From contig JBODTK010000119.1 of assembly GCA_050613775.1 (NCBI GenBank), positions 248,001 to 312,000 on the forward strand: a stretch of 64,000 nucleotides of DNA, given 5' to 3'. The notes below the pieces were generated by a model that worked only from the letters and a program-made list of their open reading frames with translations, did not search any database and was not told the origin of the DNA. Below are positions 1 through 13,400 of this stretch, piece by piece (positions within the stretch are counted from its first letter, which is position 1; each line of letters starts with the position of its first letter). Source of the DNA: Neocallimastix sp. 'constans' (taxonomy: Eukaryota). Made by a program: the position numbers and the translations under genes.

Positions 1-968
1 AGATTGAATAAAATAAAATAAAATAAAATAAATAGTAGAATGTCAAATATTAAAGTGCAGATTGAATAAAATAAAATATAATAAAATAAAATAAAATAAA
101 ATAAAATAAATAGTAGAATATCAAATATTAAAGTACAGATTGAATAAAATAAAATAAAATAAAATAAAATAAATAGTAGAATATCAAATATTAAAGTACA
201 GATTGAATAAAATAAAATAAAATAAAATAAATAGTATAATATCAAATATTAAAGTGCAGATTGAATAAAATAAAATAAAATAAAATAAAATAAAATAAAA
301 TAAAATAAAATAAATAGTAGAATGTCAAATATTAAAGTACAGATTGAATAAAATAAAATAAAATAAAATAAAATAAAATAAAATAAATAGTAGAATATTA
401 GAATATCAAATATTAAAGTACAGATTGAATAAAATAAAATAAAATAAATAGTAGAATATCAAATATTAAAGTACAGATTGAATAAAATAAAATAAAATAA
501 AATATAATAAAATAAAATAAAATAAAATAAAATAAATAGTAGAATATCAAATATTAAAGTACAGATTGAATAAAATAAAATAAAATAAAATAAAATAAAA
601 TAAAATAAATAGTATAATATCAAATATTAAAGTGCAGATTGAATAAAATAAAATAAAATAAAATAAAATAAAATAAATAGTAGAATATCAAATATTAAAG
701 TACAGATTGAATAAAATAAAATAAAATAAAATAAAATAAAATAAATAGTATAATATCAAATATTAAAGTGCAGATTGAATAAAATAAAATAAAATAAAAT
801 AAATAGTAGAATGTCAAATATTAAAGTACAGATTGAATAAAATAAAATAAAATAAAATATAATATAATAAAATAAAATAAAATAAAATAAAATAAAATAA
901 AATAAAATAAAATAAAATAAAATAAAATGAAATAAAATAAAATAAAATAAAATAAAATAAAATAAATA
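1..968. repeat. Minisatellite: core AAATAGTAGAATATCAAATATTAAAGTACAGATTGAA separated by variable (TAAAA)n
   Basis: Core recurs about every 50-80 bp with only (TAAAA)n between copies; same family as arrays at about 4930-5945 and 48820-49845. Confidence 0.9.
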
Positions 969-1254
969 TATATTATTATTTTATATTAGAGAATATTAAA
1001 GATCAATGTTTTCGAAATGAAAATTTTTTACATTTTTATTATATTCAATTAATGATGTAATATATAAAACAATATTATTGATTGTTAATAATCTTATTAA
1101 ATATTAATGATTTTTTTGCTTTCTAACATATATAATTAAATAAAACATTTTCTTTTTAAAAATAAATTGTCTTTTAATATTCTTTAATAAAAAACAATTA
1201 TAAATATTTATTTTATTATATTTTATATACTTGTACTTTTATATTATTACATTA

Positions 1255-1520
1255 AATATTTTTTTTATTTTATTCAATCTGTACTTTATATTCATATTCT
1301 ATTATTTATTTTATTTTATTTTATTTTATTTTATTTTATTCAATCTTTACTTTTTATTCATATTCAATATTTATTTTATTTTATTTTATTCAATCTGTAC
1401 TTTATATTCATATTCAATATTTATTTTATTTTATTTTATTCAATCTGTACTTTATAATCATATTCAATATTTATTTTATTTTATTTTATTCAATCTGTAA
1501 TTTATATTCATTTTCTACTA
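1255..1520 (-). repeat. Inverted copy of the AAAGTACAGATTGAA minisatellite family
   Basis: Repeated TATTCAATCTGTACTTTATA units, the reverse complement of the satellite core. Confidence 0.8.
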
Positions 1521-1559
1521 TTTAATGAATTAAAAAATGATAATAATATATTTATTTAT

Positions 1560-2015
1560 TATAAAGCTATTTCAAATTTACCATTTATAAATCCTGAATA
1601 CATATTTGATATATAAGTTATAATTAAAATTAAATCCATTAAAAATAATTATTGTCAATTTTTAAAATTTTTAGAATTTTTTTATAAAACATATTTAGTT
1701 GAATATGATATGAAATTTTGGAATTATTATAATAATATGGAACATATAACAAACAATACCTCAGAATCACTCAATAATTATTTAAATAATTTATTTCCAA
1801 TAAAACCATCTTATTATGAATTAATAGATAAATTAAATGAACTTGAACATTTATCATATTATGATTATCAAAGAAAAATAAGAGAAATTTGGAAAATAAA
1901 AAAAAGAACAATAAATAAAACTAATGAAATCAGTGTCTTAATTGAACGCTACAAAAATATTGAAGCCAAGTTAATTAATGCTAAATGTGATAGAAATAAT
2001 ATTATTAATTTGTGA
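1560..2015 (+). pseudogene. C-terminal fragment of a MULE (Mutator-like) transposase
   Basis: YKAISNL..INPEYI and FWNYYNNMEHITNNTSESLNNYL align with YKAISNL..INIEYI and YWNYYNNIDHITNNASESYNSYL of the transposase at 46776-48032; in-frame stop upstream of 1710; no N-terminal half. Confidence 0.8.
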
Positions 2016-3144
2016 TTTGATTTTTTAACTTATTTAAATAATATAATATAAATATTACTTTATAATAAATAATTAAGAAATGAGGAATGACTAAACGAAA
2101 TAATCAAAATTCTGTCATTCAAAATTTTAATTTATAAAGCTTATTAAATTTATACTGTTTGAATAAATATTTAAATACTATGAATAATTAATAATTTTAT
2201 CATTATAATTATTATTTTTTTTAATAACATTTAAATAAAAGAATTATTATTAATAACATTTATATTTTTAATAACATTTATATTTTTATATAATTTTTTG
2301 TATTAATAGCATTTAAATATAAGAATAATTATTAATAACGATTATATTTTTATATTAATTCTTTTTGTTAGGAATTAAGAATTTAGGTTTTATAATTATG
2401 TCAACTTTATTAATATATTTTTGTGATAAAGAGTTACTAGCACTTAATTATTCTAAATTAAATGCTTTTATATTAATACATTGTGGCTAATACATTATTT
2501 ATATTACATTACATTTTATTACATTAATCTCATATTCACGTATTATAACATCATATTCACATATTCTAACACTTTTATTAATAACATTTAAATAAAAGAA
2601 TTAAAATCATAAAAAAATCTAACCATTATATGATTTATTTAATTATTCACTTAATAATTAATTTAAAACTTAAAATAACAAAATAATACAATAAAATAAT
2701 ATTATGTAGAATATTATTGTTATAGCTACATATTTATTGATATAAAACAAATATGTGTAGTAACATATTTATATATTTAATATTAATTATTAAATATTAA
2801 ATTTATATCTTTTTGATAATAATTATTTTATTTTATTTTATTTCAATATGTATTATTATAATTATAATAATTATATACTTTATTTCATATAAAATTTATA
2901 TAGTTCTATATATTAGAATATATAATTAATATAATACCTATTTCTTATAAATAGATTAGATTATTTATAATAAAAATAGAGGACTCTCTTGTAAAATTTT
3001 TAGGAATTAGAATTATTATTTTATTATAATTTTATTAATAAAATTTACTAAACAACCATTATTTAAAACCCACTTTTTATAAATTATTACACATAAAAGT
3101 CCCGCATATCAATTGTATATACCACGTGAAAATTGGAGTAAATG

Positions 3145-3360
3145 GAGGGTGGTGCGTTTCGGAATGTGGCTTTAAAATATACATAATTTTTCATTTCGGA
3201 ATGTGGCTTATATTATTTTTTATAAAATTTTTTTTATGAATATAATATTTAAAACATTAAAATAAAATGGCACATATAATTTCTTTGAAAAAATAATTAT
3301 TAAAAATATTTTAAATATGATATATTTCAAAAAAAATGATGATTTAAATGCGCTCTCCCC
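3145..3360. mobile_element. 216-bp non-autonomous MULE derivative (MITE)
   Basis: Perfect 9-bp TSD GAGTAAATG (3136-3144, 3361-3369); termini GAGGGTGGTGCGTTTCGG and ...AAATGCGCTCTCCCC; body is an inverted copy of the MULE right end at about 50338-50547. Confidence 0.85.
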
Positions 3361-3904
3361 GAGTAAATGCAATCTCCCCTAATAAATCATTTGAAAATAC
3401 ATGATCTATATTAAACAGGGGAGGAGCATTTCGGAACTGCACGTGAATAGATATAAGCCATATATTTTGAGATGGCGTATTATATATAAATTTTTTTATA
3501 TAAATAAATAATTAAATAATAATTAAATAAATATTTTATTATATAATAATTTCATAATTTAATATATATATATTTGATAATAAAAAATAAAAAAATAAAA
3601 AAATAAAAAAAATAAATAAAAAAAATAAAAAAATAAAAAAAATAAAAAAATAAAAAAAATAAAAAAATAAAAAAAATAAAAAAATAAAAAAAATAAAAAA
3701 ATAAAAAAAATAAAAAAATAAAAAAAATAAAAAATAAAAAAAATAAAAAAATAAAAAAATAAAAAAGCGTCGAAACAAAATAAATATGTGAATTATAATA
3801 AAAATACAAGTATTAATAAAAATAAAATAAAATAAATATTTGAATTATAATAAAAATACAAGTACTAATAAAATAAAATAAATAAAATAAATATGCTAAT
3901 TATA

Positions 3905-4050
3905 AAATTAATATTTTAGTTGAATACTATAAAAATATGGAAGCCGAATTAAAAAATATTTGATGTAGTAAAAATGATATCATCGAAAATTGGTTTAATT
4001 GTTTATTTAGATTGAATAATGAAATCATTAATTTTAATAAATCCAAGTAA
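3905..4050 (+). pseudogene. Extreme 3' remnant of the MULE transposase
   Basis: INILVEYYKNMEAELKNI*CSKNDIIENWFNCL is near-identical to the end of the 46776-48032 ORF, with one in-frame stop. Confidence 0.8.
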
Positions 4051-4929
4051 AAATAATTATTAAAATCCTTTCAAAATCATAATTACAATTAATTGATAAT
4101 TAGTTTTTTTTATTTAATAAGAAATTCAATATTGAAATTTATTTAATATTTATTGATAGGGTTAGCTTACAAAAATTTTTAAAAAAATTTTTTTATAAAT
4201 TTATTTTAAATATTTTTTACTATTTATTAAATATTATTAAAAAAAATATATTAAAAGATATCTTTATTATTATATATTAGTATTATAAAATATTAATAAT
4301 ATGAATGTACTGTATTTCGCCTTATTTTTATTTTATATAGTAGTGAATAAATAAATAAATAAATAAAAATTTTTTATAAAATAAACCAATTATTAAATTA
4401 TTATATTTTTTAAAAATATTTATTGTATATTTCATATTTTTAATAAATATTTCAAATATACATTTTAAATATTTATAATGATATTTATGTATTATGATAA
4501 AAATATAATACTTATAAAAGGAAATAATTAATATTTTAAATTATTTCTATCAGGCACTCTTAAAAAACTTTACTATTTGTAAAAATAGTAAAGTTCTTTT
4601 TGTTAGTCTATTATATTTGTATAAGTATAAAATAAATATCTAAAATAACTTATTTTTAATGGTAATTTATGTTTAAAAATATTATTCTTGATATTAGTAT
4701 TACTTTAAAAAAATTTTAATTTAATATTTATAATTAAATTTTCAAATAATCTATTAAGGTAAACATAATGTTCCTGAGTAAAAAAGATATATATATAAAT
4801 TTTAATTAAAATATTTGATAAAAAATATTAAAAAGGAAATAATAATTTTAAATGAATATTTAAAAATATAATAAAAAAAAATATAGAATATAATAATATA
4901 GAAGTACAAATATATAAAATAAAATAAAA

Positions 4930-5945
4930 TAAATAGTAGAAATATAAAGTACTGATTGAATGAAATAAAATAAAATAAAATAAAATAAAATAAATAGTAG
5001 AAATATGAATATAAAGTACAGATTTAATAAAATAAAATAAAATAAAATAAAATAAAATAAAATAAATAGTAGAAATATGAATATAAAGTACAGATTTAAT
5101 AAAATAAAATAAAATAAAATAAAATAAATAGTAGAAATATGAATATAAAGTACAGATTTAATAAAATAAAATAAAATAAAATAAAATAAATAGTAGAAAT
5201 ATGAATATAAAGTACAGATTGAATAAAATAAAATAAAATAAAATAAAATAAAATAAATAGTAGAAATATGAATATAAAGTACAGATTGAATAAAATAAAA
5301 TAAAATAAAATAAAATAAAATAAATAGTAGAAATATGAATATAAAGTACAGATTGAATAAAATAAAATAAAATAAAATAAAATAAATAGTAGAAATATGA
5401 ATATAAAGTACAGATTTAATAAAATAAAATAAAATAAAATAAATAGTAGAAATATGAATATAAAGTACAGATTTAATAATATAAAATAAAATAAAATAAA
5501 ATAAATAGTAGAAATATGAATATAAAGTACAGATTTAATAAAATAAAATAAAATAAAATAAAATAAAATAAATAGTAGAAATATGAATATAAAGTACAGA
5601 TTTAATAAAATAAAATAAAATAAAATAAAATAAATAGTAGAAATATGAATATAAAGTACAGATTGAATAAAATAAAATAAAATAAAATAAAATAAATAGT
5701 AGAAATATGAATATAAAGTACAGATTGAATAAAATAAAATAAAATAAAATAAAATAAATAGTAGAAATATGAATATAAAGTACAGATTTAATAAAATAAA
5801 ATAAAATAAAATAAATAGTAGAAATATGAATATAAAGTACAGATTTAATAATATAAAATAAAATAAAATAAAATAAATAGTAGAAATATGAATATAAAGT
5901 ACAGATTTAATAAAATAAAATAAAATAAAATAAAATAAAATAAAT
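4930..5945. repeat. Minisatellite, core AAATAGTAGAAATATGAATATAAAGTACAGATT(G/T)AA + (TAAAA)n, inside the MULE 3' region
   Basis: Tandem units of about 55-65 bp seen directly. Confidence 0.9.
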
Positions 5946-6744
5946 GAAATATAATAAAATTAAAAAAATATTTGAATTATAATAAAAATACAAGTATTAA
6001 TAAAAATAAAATAAATATGTGAATTATAATAAAAATACAAGTATTAATAAAAATAAAATAAAATAAAATAAATATTTGAATTATAATAAAAATACAAGTA
6101 CTAATAAAATAAAATAAATAAAATAAATATGTTAATTATAATAAATTGCAAGTATCAATCGAAACAAAATAAAATAATATAAAATAAATAAATATGAAGT
6201 GAAATAATAATATATAATATGATAAAATAAAATAAATAAGATATTGATATGAAATTAATATAAAAACTGAATTTAGCAACTAATAAATTATATAATAAAG
6301 TAAATGATATAGCATATATATATGTTAACATGAAGTTTATTATAATTTTTACAGTATTTTAAATTAATGTAAATTATTATATTTCCATATAATAAACAAA
6401 CTTTATAGTTAAAAAATAGTATAAAAAAAAAAATTATTAAATATTATTATTAAATAAATAAATGAATAAATTGATAAATAAATAAAAATTTTCAGAATAT
6501 GGCGAATGTAAATCATCATTTTTTTTGAAATATATCACATTTTAAATATTTTTAATGGGGAGAGCGCGTTTCGGAACCGCACGTGAATAGATATAAGCCA
6601 CATGTTTTTTGAGATGGCGTATTATATATAAATTTTTTATATAAATAAATAATTAAATAATAATTAAATAAATATTTTATTTTATAATAATTAATTTAAT
6701 ATATATTTGATAATAAAAAATAAAAAAATAAAAATATAAAAAAA

Positions 6745-6776
<32 letters not shown>

Positions 6777-7322
6777 AATAAAAAAAATAAAAAAATAAAA
6801 AAATAAAAAAAATAAAAAAAATTAAAAATAAAAAAAAAAATAAAAAAAATAAAAAAGATTAAAAAAATAAAATACAAAAAAAAAATAAAATAAAATATTT
6901 TCATTTTTATTTATATTTATAACTGTAATTTTTTATTATATAAATAAATAAATAAATAATAATTAAATAAATATTTTATTTTATAATAAAAAAATAAAAT
7001 AAAAAAAAGAAAAGATAAATATTTTTTTAGTAATTTTCTTGAAATAAATTAAAATATTTTCATATTTATTTATATTTATAACTGTAATTTTTTATTATAT
7101 AAATAAATAATAATTAAATAAATATTTTATTTTATAATGAAAAAATAAAATAAAAAAAAAAAAGATAAATATTTTTTTAGTAATTTTCTTGAAATAAAAT
7201 AAAATATTTTCATATTTATTTATATTTATAACTGTAATTTTTAAAAAAATTGAAAATACATATTAAATAAAAAATAAAAAATAAATAATTCATATTTATT
7301 AGTATTTATATTAAAAATTTTG

Positions 7323-7478
7323 ATGGAGGGAAATCTAAAAATTGATATAAGTGAAACAAATCGAGGAAAAGAGCAAATAATTATAGATCGAAAATTTAAA
7401 TATAATTTTTCAAAATTAAAAAAAGATAATACAAAAATATATAGATGTACAGAATATAAAACATTAAATAAATGTAAG
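7323..7478 (+). pseudogene. MULE transposase, 5' part (52 codons), interrupted by LTR element B
   Basis: MEGNLKIDISETNRGKEQIIID..KIYRCTEYKTLNKCK joins in frame to SFIILND..HNH at 46776 once B and one GTAAG copy are removed, restoring a C-x7-C...HxH zinc finger. Confidence 0.9.
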
Positions 7479-9123
7479 TATAACAGAATCAATAATTACA
7501 ATTATTTTATTATTTTAATATTTAGTATTATTTTTCAATAAAGTTTTAAAACAAATAATTAAATGTTATGGTTCGGGTTTTATTAGAATTTTTATTTAAT
7601 TATTTATTTTCAATATTTTTTTGTCTACATTTTAATTATTGAAAAACTTCACTTATTTATACTTTTTGAAAAAAAAATAAATATGTAAAGCCTTTCTACA
7701 TTTTATTATCATATTTAAAAAAAAATATTTACTATTACTAATTACTTAAAATTTTATATTAATTTAAATTAACTAATTCATAAGTATTTTTATTTTAATA
7801 AATTTTGTTTATATAATTTTATATTATTTTTCATATACTAAAACTAAATTATTTAATATATACGAAAAGTAACAAACAAAATTTAAAAAGATTTTACAGA
7901 AAAATAAAGTTATTTTAATCAAGAATGTTAATATAATATTCTTATATTTTATATAAAATAAATTTAAAAACTATAATATATTTAATATTTATTATTAATC
8001 AATTAAGATTTGATTTTATTTGTGGGGAATAAAAAAATATTAAATAATCAATTTAAAAATAAAATAAAATACTAAAAAGAATACAAGTTTAATATTGATA
8101 CAATATAATAATAATATAATAATATATTTGAAAATAAAAATAAAATATTAATATTGATAATAAACACTTTAATAAAATAATAAAATTTAAGGTAAATTAT
8201 AGATATTGATATTAATAGTAAAAATATAGAATTATTGATAATATTTTAGAAACTTTTAATAAAAATATAAAAAAAAATATATTTAGAAAATATTTTAGTA
8301 TAGAAAATATAGTAAAGTAATATTAAGTAAAGAATAATATAATGGATTCTAAAGTATGTCGAAATTACAACTGAATTAAATTTCAATTTCAATTAATTTC
8401 AATTAAAATTATTAAAAACAAAATAATTAATAAAAATTTATAATTCATTAATTATTCTTTAAATTTTATTTATTTTATAATATTATAAGTTATTTGATCA
8501 TCTTAGGACCAGCTTAGGCCTACTGATTCTAATGATATCATATTAAACTTAAATATTATTAATAAATAAAATATTTATTAACATGAATCATTTGGTCATG
8601 TCATCCTTGATTCATAAATTAATGTTTATGTATTAATTTATGTTATATTGATTTAATTAATTATTAATTATTAATTACTATATTAAATATTTAAATTTAA
8701 TATTATATTATATATATTAGCTAATATATTAGATTAAAAAATATAATTTATTTATATTAAACATATTCTTATACTAAATATTATTATTATCAACTTTATA
8801 TTATTATTATCAATATTCTCAAACCTACAAAGTATAAAAAGAAAATTCAAATTTATCTTTTTGTCCTTTGTAAGGTTATAGTTAACCTATTATAATATAA
8901 CTATATTTTTATTAATAAATAAAAATTTTTATCATATCAAACCAATTATTAGTTTTAATTAAGTGTTAAATTAACAAATTTAACTTTATAACTCTTTTAT
9001 TTTAGTAATTTACTTATATCTATATAGTTATATTATATAGATATATCAACCTGATTCCTCGTTAAATTCAACCTGTTTACTTTTTAACAATAACCTTACC
9101 TTAGAAAAGAGAATCACCTTGAT

Positions 9124-10203
9124 ATGTCCCTTTATAATAACGTGTGGGCAAACTCCTATCCTGACTTTGCTCCTATGTCGGAAGTAAATAAGCTAAGAAC
9201 AGACGCTCAGATTACTGTCTCTGAACTGGCAAAAGATGCAGAAGTTACATTCTTATCAAGAGAAGATTTTAATAAATATAATGAAGATCTTCAAAAGAAA
9301 CTTTTTACTTTAAATAGGGATAACAAGAATATCATAAAACAACTTTCTTCTATTACCAGCATTTTAAATCAGAAATTCGATTTTATTCCTAATGTTAATG
9401 CTTCTCAAAATCAAGATGATAACGCTTCTATATCAACAAGAAGAGAGGCAGACAATGATGTAATAATGAGGAATACTATTCCCAATACACTTCAAGAAGT
9501 CCCAGAACCTGGATTTTTCACTGGGGATACTAAGGAAACCGATCTCTTTTGTCAGCTCTGTGAAGATACTTTTAAGACTTATCCTAACTGTGAATCTACT
9601 ATGGATGTAAAAATTAATTATGTTAAGTCACGCTTAAGAGATGGTGCTCGTAATTGGTATTATGCCAAATATAAAGATAGAAGTCCAGCAACATTAGAAG
9701 AATTGATTAAAGAATTAAGGAAAGCTTTTAATAATGTTGCCAGTAAGAAATTAGCCATGATCCAACTCGCAAAAATTTCTCACACATTTGGGAAAATTAA
9801 TGATTATATTGATGAATTTCGAACCCTTACAACATGTTTGAATTGGAATGAAGAAGCTTTAGTTTTATTCTTTTATAATGGATTGCACCCAAGGTTCCAG
9901 GAAGAAATAGAAAAAATGGATGAATTTCCTTCTGATCTTAGTACTATTTATACTAGATGTATTCTTTACGAAAATTCCTTGAAATCTAAAGGTCAATTAA
10001 AATCTAATGGTAATAAAAATTTAAAGAAAAAGCCTTCTAATGTCCACAATAACAACAACAACAATAATAATAAATATAATAATAATAACAATTATAATAA
10101 ATATTATAATAATAATTATAATAAAGTCCATAATAATAATAACTTTAATAAAATTAATAATAACAGTAATAATAGTACAAATAATAATAATTCAAAAAAC
10201 TAA
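9124..10203 (+). CDS. gag: Gag of element A1 (retrotransposon capsid domain, Asn-rich tail, no zinc knuckle)
   Basis: PGFFTG..KINYVKSRLRDGARNWY..INDYIDEFRTL..LNWNEEALVLFFYNGL is the Ty3/gypsy gag pattern; lies just after the 5' LTR. Confidence 0.9.
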   Translation: MSLYNNVWANSYPDFAPMSEVNKLRTDAQITVSELAKDAEVTFLSREDFNKYNEDLQKKLFTLNRDNKNIIKQLSSITSILNQKFDFIPNVNASQNQDDNASISTRREADNDVIMRNTIPNTLQEVPEPGFFTGDTKETDLFCQLCEDTFKTYPNCESTMDVKINYVKSRLRDGARNWYYAKYKDRSPATLEELIKELRKAFNNVASKKLAMIQLAKISHTFGKINDYIDEFRTLTTCLNWNEEALVLFFYNGLHPRFQEEIEKMDEFPSDLSTIYTRCILYENSLKSKGQLKSNGNKNLKKKPSNVHNNNNNNNNKYNNNNNYNKYYNNNYNKVHNNNNFNKINNNSNNSTNNNNSKN

Positions 10204-10400
10204 ATGAAGGACTTTACTCGGAGTCCAATTCATCAAAAAATGTAAAAACAATTTATTATAACTTTCCTTCATTTGATAACATCACAACCCAAAAACTACC
10301 TTCAACTTTTCTTTTATTCCATTGCTACATTCCAACAAGACTACCAATTAATAATAATAAATTAAAAATTAAAAATAACCAAAAAATTACATCTGAATCT

Positions 10401-13400
10401 ATGCTAGATTCTGGATCATTTTGTAATTTTATTACAAAAAATTTAGTTCAAAAACTAAATTTAAAAATTTATAATTTAAAAAATAAAATTTCAGTCAAAG
10501 GTATATCTGGTTCTACTACTAAGATAGATCAGTACGTTTGGCTAAAATTTCAAATAAAAATACAAAAGAATAAAAAATTTTATTTTAAAAATTACAATGA
10601 AAAATTTCTAATAACAAATTGCATACCAACTGATCTACTTTTTGGTAATCAATTCATGCGAAAATTCAAAATTCACTATAATTATGATAAGAATATATTA
10701 TATTCTTACTTAAATTATTATTTTTCAAATAAAAATAACAAAAATCCTAATAAATATTGCAAAAACAATTTATATCTACAGTCGATGAAAAATAAAATTT
10801 TAAAAAATTATTTACTTTTTAATAAATCAATAAAAAAATTTAATTATAAAAATTTTTCAAAAAATTTAAAAAAATTTGATCAGAAGTTTAATTATAATAA
10901 AAAATTTTTTAATAAAAAACTTAATAACCTTAACCTTAATAAATTTTCAAAATTTTGTGATAAATTTAATTATAAAAATTTTTTTAATAAAAATCATTAT
11001 TTTATTAATAAATATAAATATTATTTCAAAAAACAAAATAAATATTTAAAAAACAATTTTAATTTAAACAATGACTATAATTACAATTTTTTAATATATT
11101 CCTTCTTATCAAATAAAGAAATTAATAAAAATGACAATGAAGATCCAAATATTGAAGATATTCCGCCTCAATATCGCGATCTATTTATTGTTTTTAGTAA
11201 AGCCGAAGCCGATAAACTTCCCCCACATCGTTTAACCGATTGCAAAATAGTGCTGGAGAAGGACGCTTCCCTTCACTATGGTCCAATCTATCCCTTAACC
11301 GAAGAGGAAAATAAAGTTTTGAAAGAATATATAAAAGAAAACCTAAAAAAAGGATTTATTAGACCATCTGAATCACCTGCAGGTTATCCAGTTCTATTCC
11401 AAAAGAAAAAAGATGGTACACTTCGGTTATGCGTAGACTATAGGAAGTTAAACGCTGTTACTATAAGAAACTCGTACCCCATACCTCTTATTAATGAAAT
11501 TATTGAAAAGGTTAAAGGAGTAAAGTATTTTACAAAATTAGATTTACGTTCAGCTTATAATTTAATCCGTATTAAGGAAGGGGATGAATACAAGACAGCT
11601 TTCAGAACTAAATATGGTCACTATGAATACTTAGTTATGCCATTTGGTTTAAAAAACGCACCAGCTACTTTTCAATCGTTTATTAATTCGGTACTAAGAC
11701 CATATTTAGAAAAAAGTGTTATTCTTTATTTAGACGATATTTTAATCTACTCCAAAGATTTAAAAGAACATCATAAACAAGTTAGGGAGGTTTTGCAAGC
11801 ATTAATTAATAATAACTTATATGCAAAATTAGAAAAATGCGAATTTGATAAAGAGAAAGTTGAATTCCTTGGATATGTATTATCAGGTCAAGGTGTCACT
11901 ACCGATCCGAAGAAAATAGAATCAATTAAAGACTGGCCTCAACCAAATAACTTAAAGGACGTACAGAGGTTTTTAGGTCTTTGCAATTATTATAGAAGAT
12001 TTGTTAAAGATTTTGCAAAAATTGCAAAACCTTTACATAATTTAACCAGAAAAAATATTAAATTTAATTGGAATAACAAATGTGAAGAATCATTCTCAGA
12101 ATTAAAGAAAAGATTAACCAGTTCTCCAGTTTTATTCCATCCGGATAATAATAAACCATTTATTGTTGAATGTGATGCAAGTAACTTTGCCCTTGGTGCT
12201 GTTTTATCACAAAAGGATGATAATAATAAATTACATCCAGTTGCATATTTCTCAAGAAGCTTACAAGGTGCAGAAATTAATTATACTATTACAGACAAGG
12301 AGTTGTTAGCTATTAGAGAAGCCTTTTTGGCATGGAGACATTTATTACTTGGTGCGAAATACAAAGTAACTGTTTATACTGATCATAGGAACTTATTATA
12401 TACCCTTGGTGGTAAAATTGGTAATCAAAGGCAACATAGATGGCATATGTTCTTCCAAGAATATAATTTTGAATTAATTTATAGACAAGGTTCCAATAAT
12501 GGAAAACCTGATTCTCTTTCAAGAAGACCAGATTATATAAAAAATAATGAAGAAACTAAAACCGAAAATATTCTTGACATAAAAAATGTAAAGGGAGTTC
12601 CATGTTTTATTGGTGTTGTTAGCGATCTTTTAGAAAGAATTATAGAAGCTACAAAAACAGATGCCACAGCTGATGATATTAGACTCTATTTTAGCCCACA
12701 GAATATTAAAAATGATATGTCCTATAAACCCTTTAGGAAAATGAATAAGTTCAAAATAAAGGATAATATTATATTATATAATAATTTAATTTATATTCCT
12801 GAAATTTTAAGATTAGAAATCTTAACTAAATATCATGAAAAGCCTTCCGCTGGTCATCTTGGAATTAAAAGAACTCTTGAATTAATTACAAGAAACTTTT
12901 GGTGGCCCAAAATGCAAGATGATGTTATAAAATTTGTCAATTCCTGTGAATGTTGTGCAAGAAACAAAATTAATAGACATAGGAAATATGGCTTTCTACA
13001 ACCGTTGGAAACACCTGATAGACCTTGGAAATCTATAGAAGTTGACTTTTTATGTGGCCTCCCGGATTCAAAGGGATATACGGTAATAATGGTTGTAGTG
13101 GATCGTTTCTCTAAAATGATTCACTTAATACCTTTCAAACAAATTCCTGATGCAAAACAAACTGCCAAAGCATTTATGAATAATGTTTATAAATTACATG
13201 GCCTTCCTTATGATATGTATACAGATAGAGGTCCTCAGTTTACAAGTGCACTTTGGAAAGAATTCATGAAATTACTTAATATTAAATCCAAATTAGCTAC
13301 AACAGATCATCATGAGACTGTTGGTCAAGTTGAGAGATGTAACTCCTTTATTGAACAGTATTTAAGAGCTTATTCAAGATCTTATTATCACGACGATTGG

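Noticed and set aside
1..5945. Regularly spaced repeats resembling a CRISPR array (also 48820-49845)
   Set aside because: Spacers are only (TAAAA)n, not unique sequence; no cas genes; eukaryotic context
7474..7478. GTAAG as a shared sequence-specific target (TSD of both B and A2)
   Set aside because: A1 has a different TSD and the wider flanks differ; a 5-mer coincidence cannot be excluded
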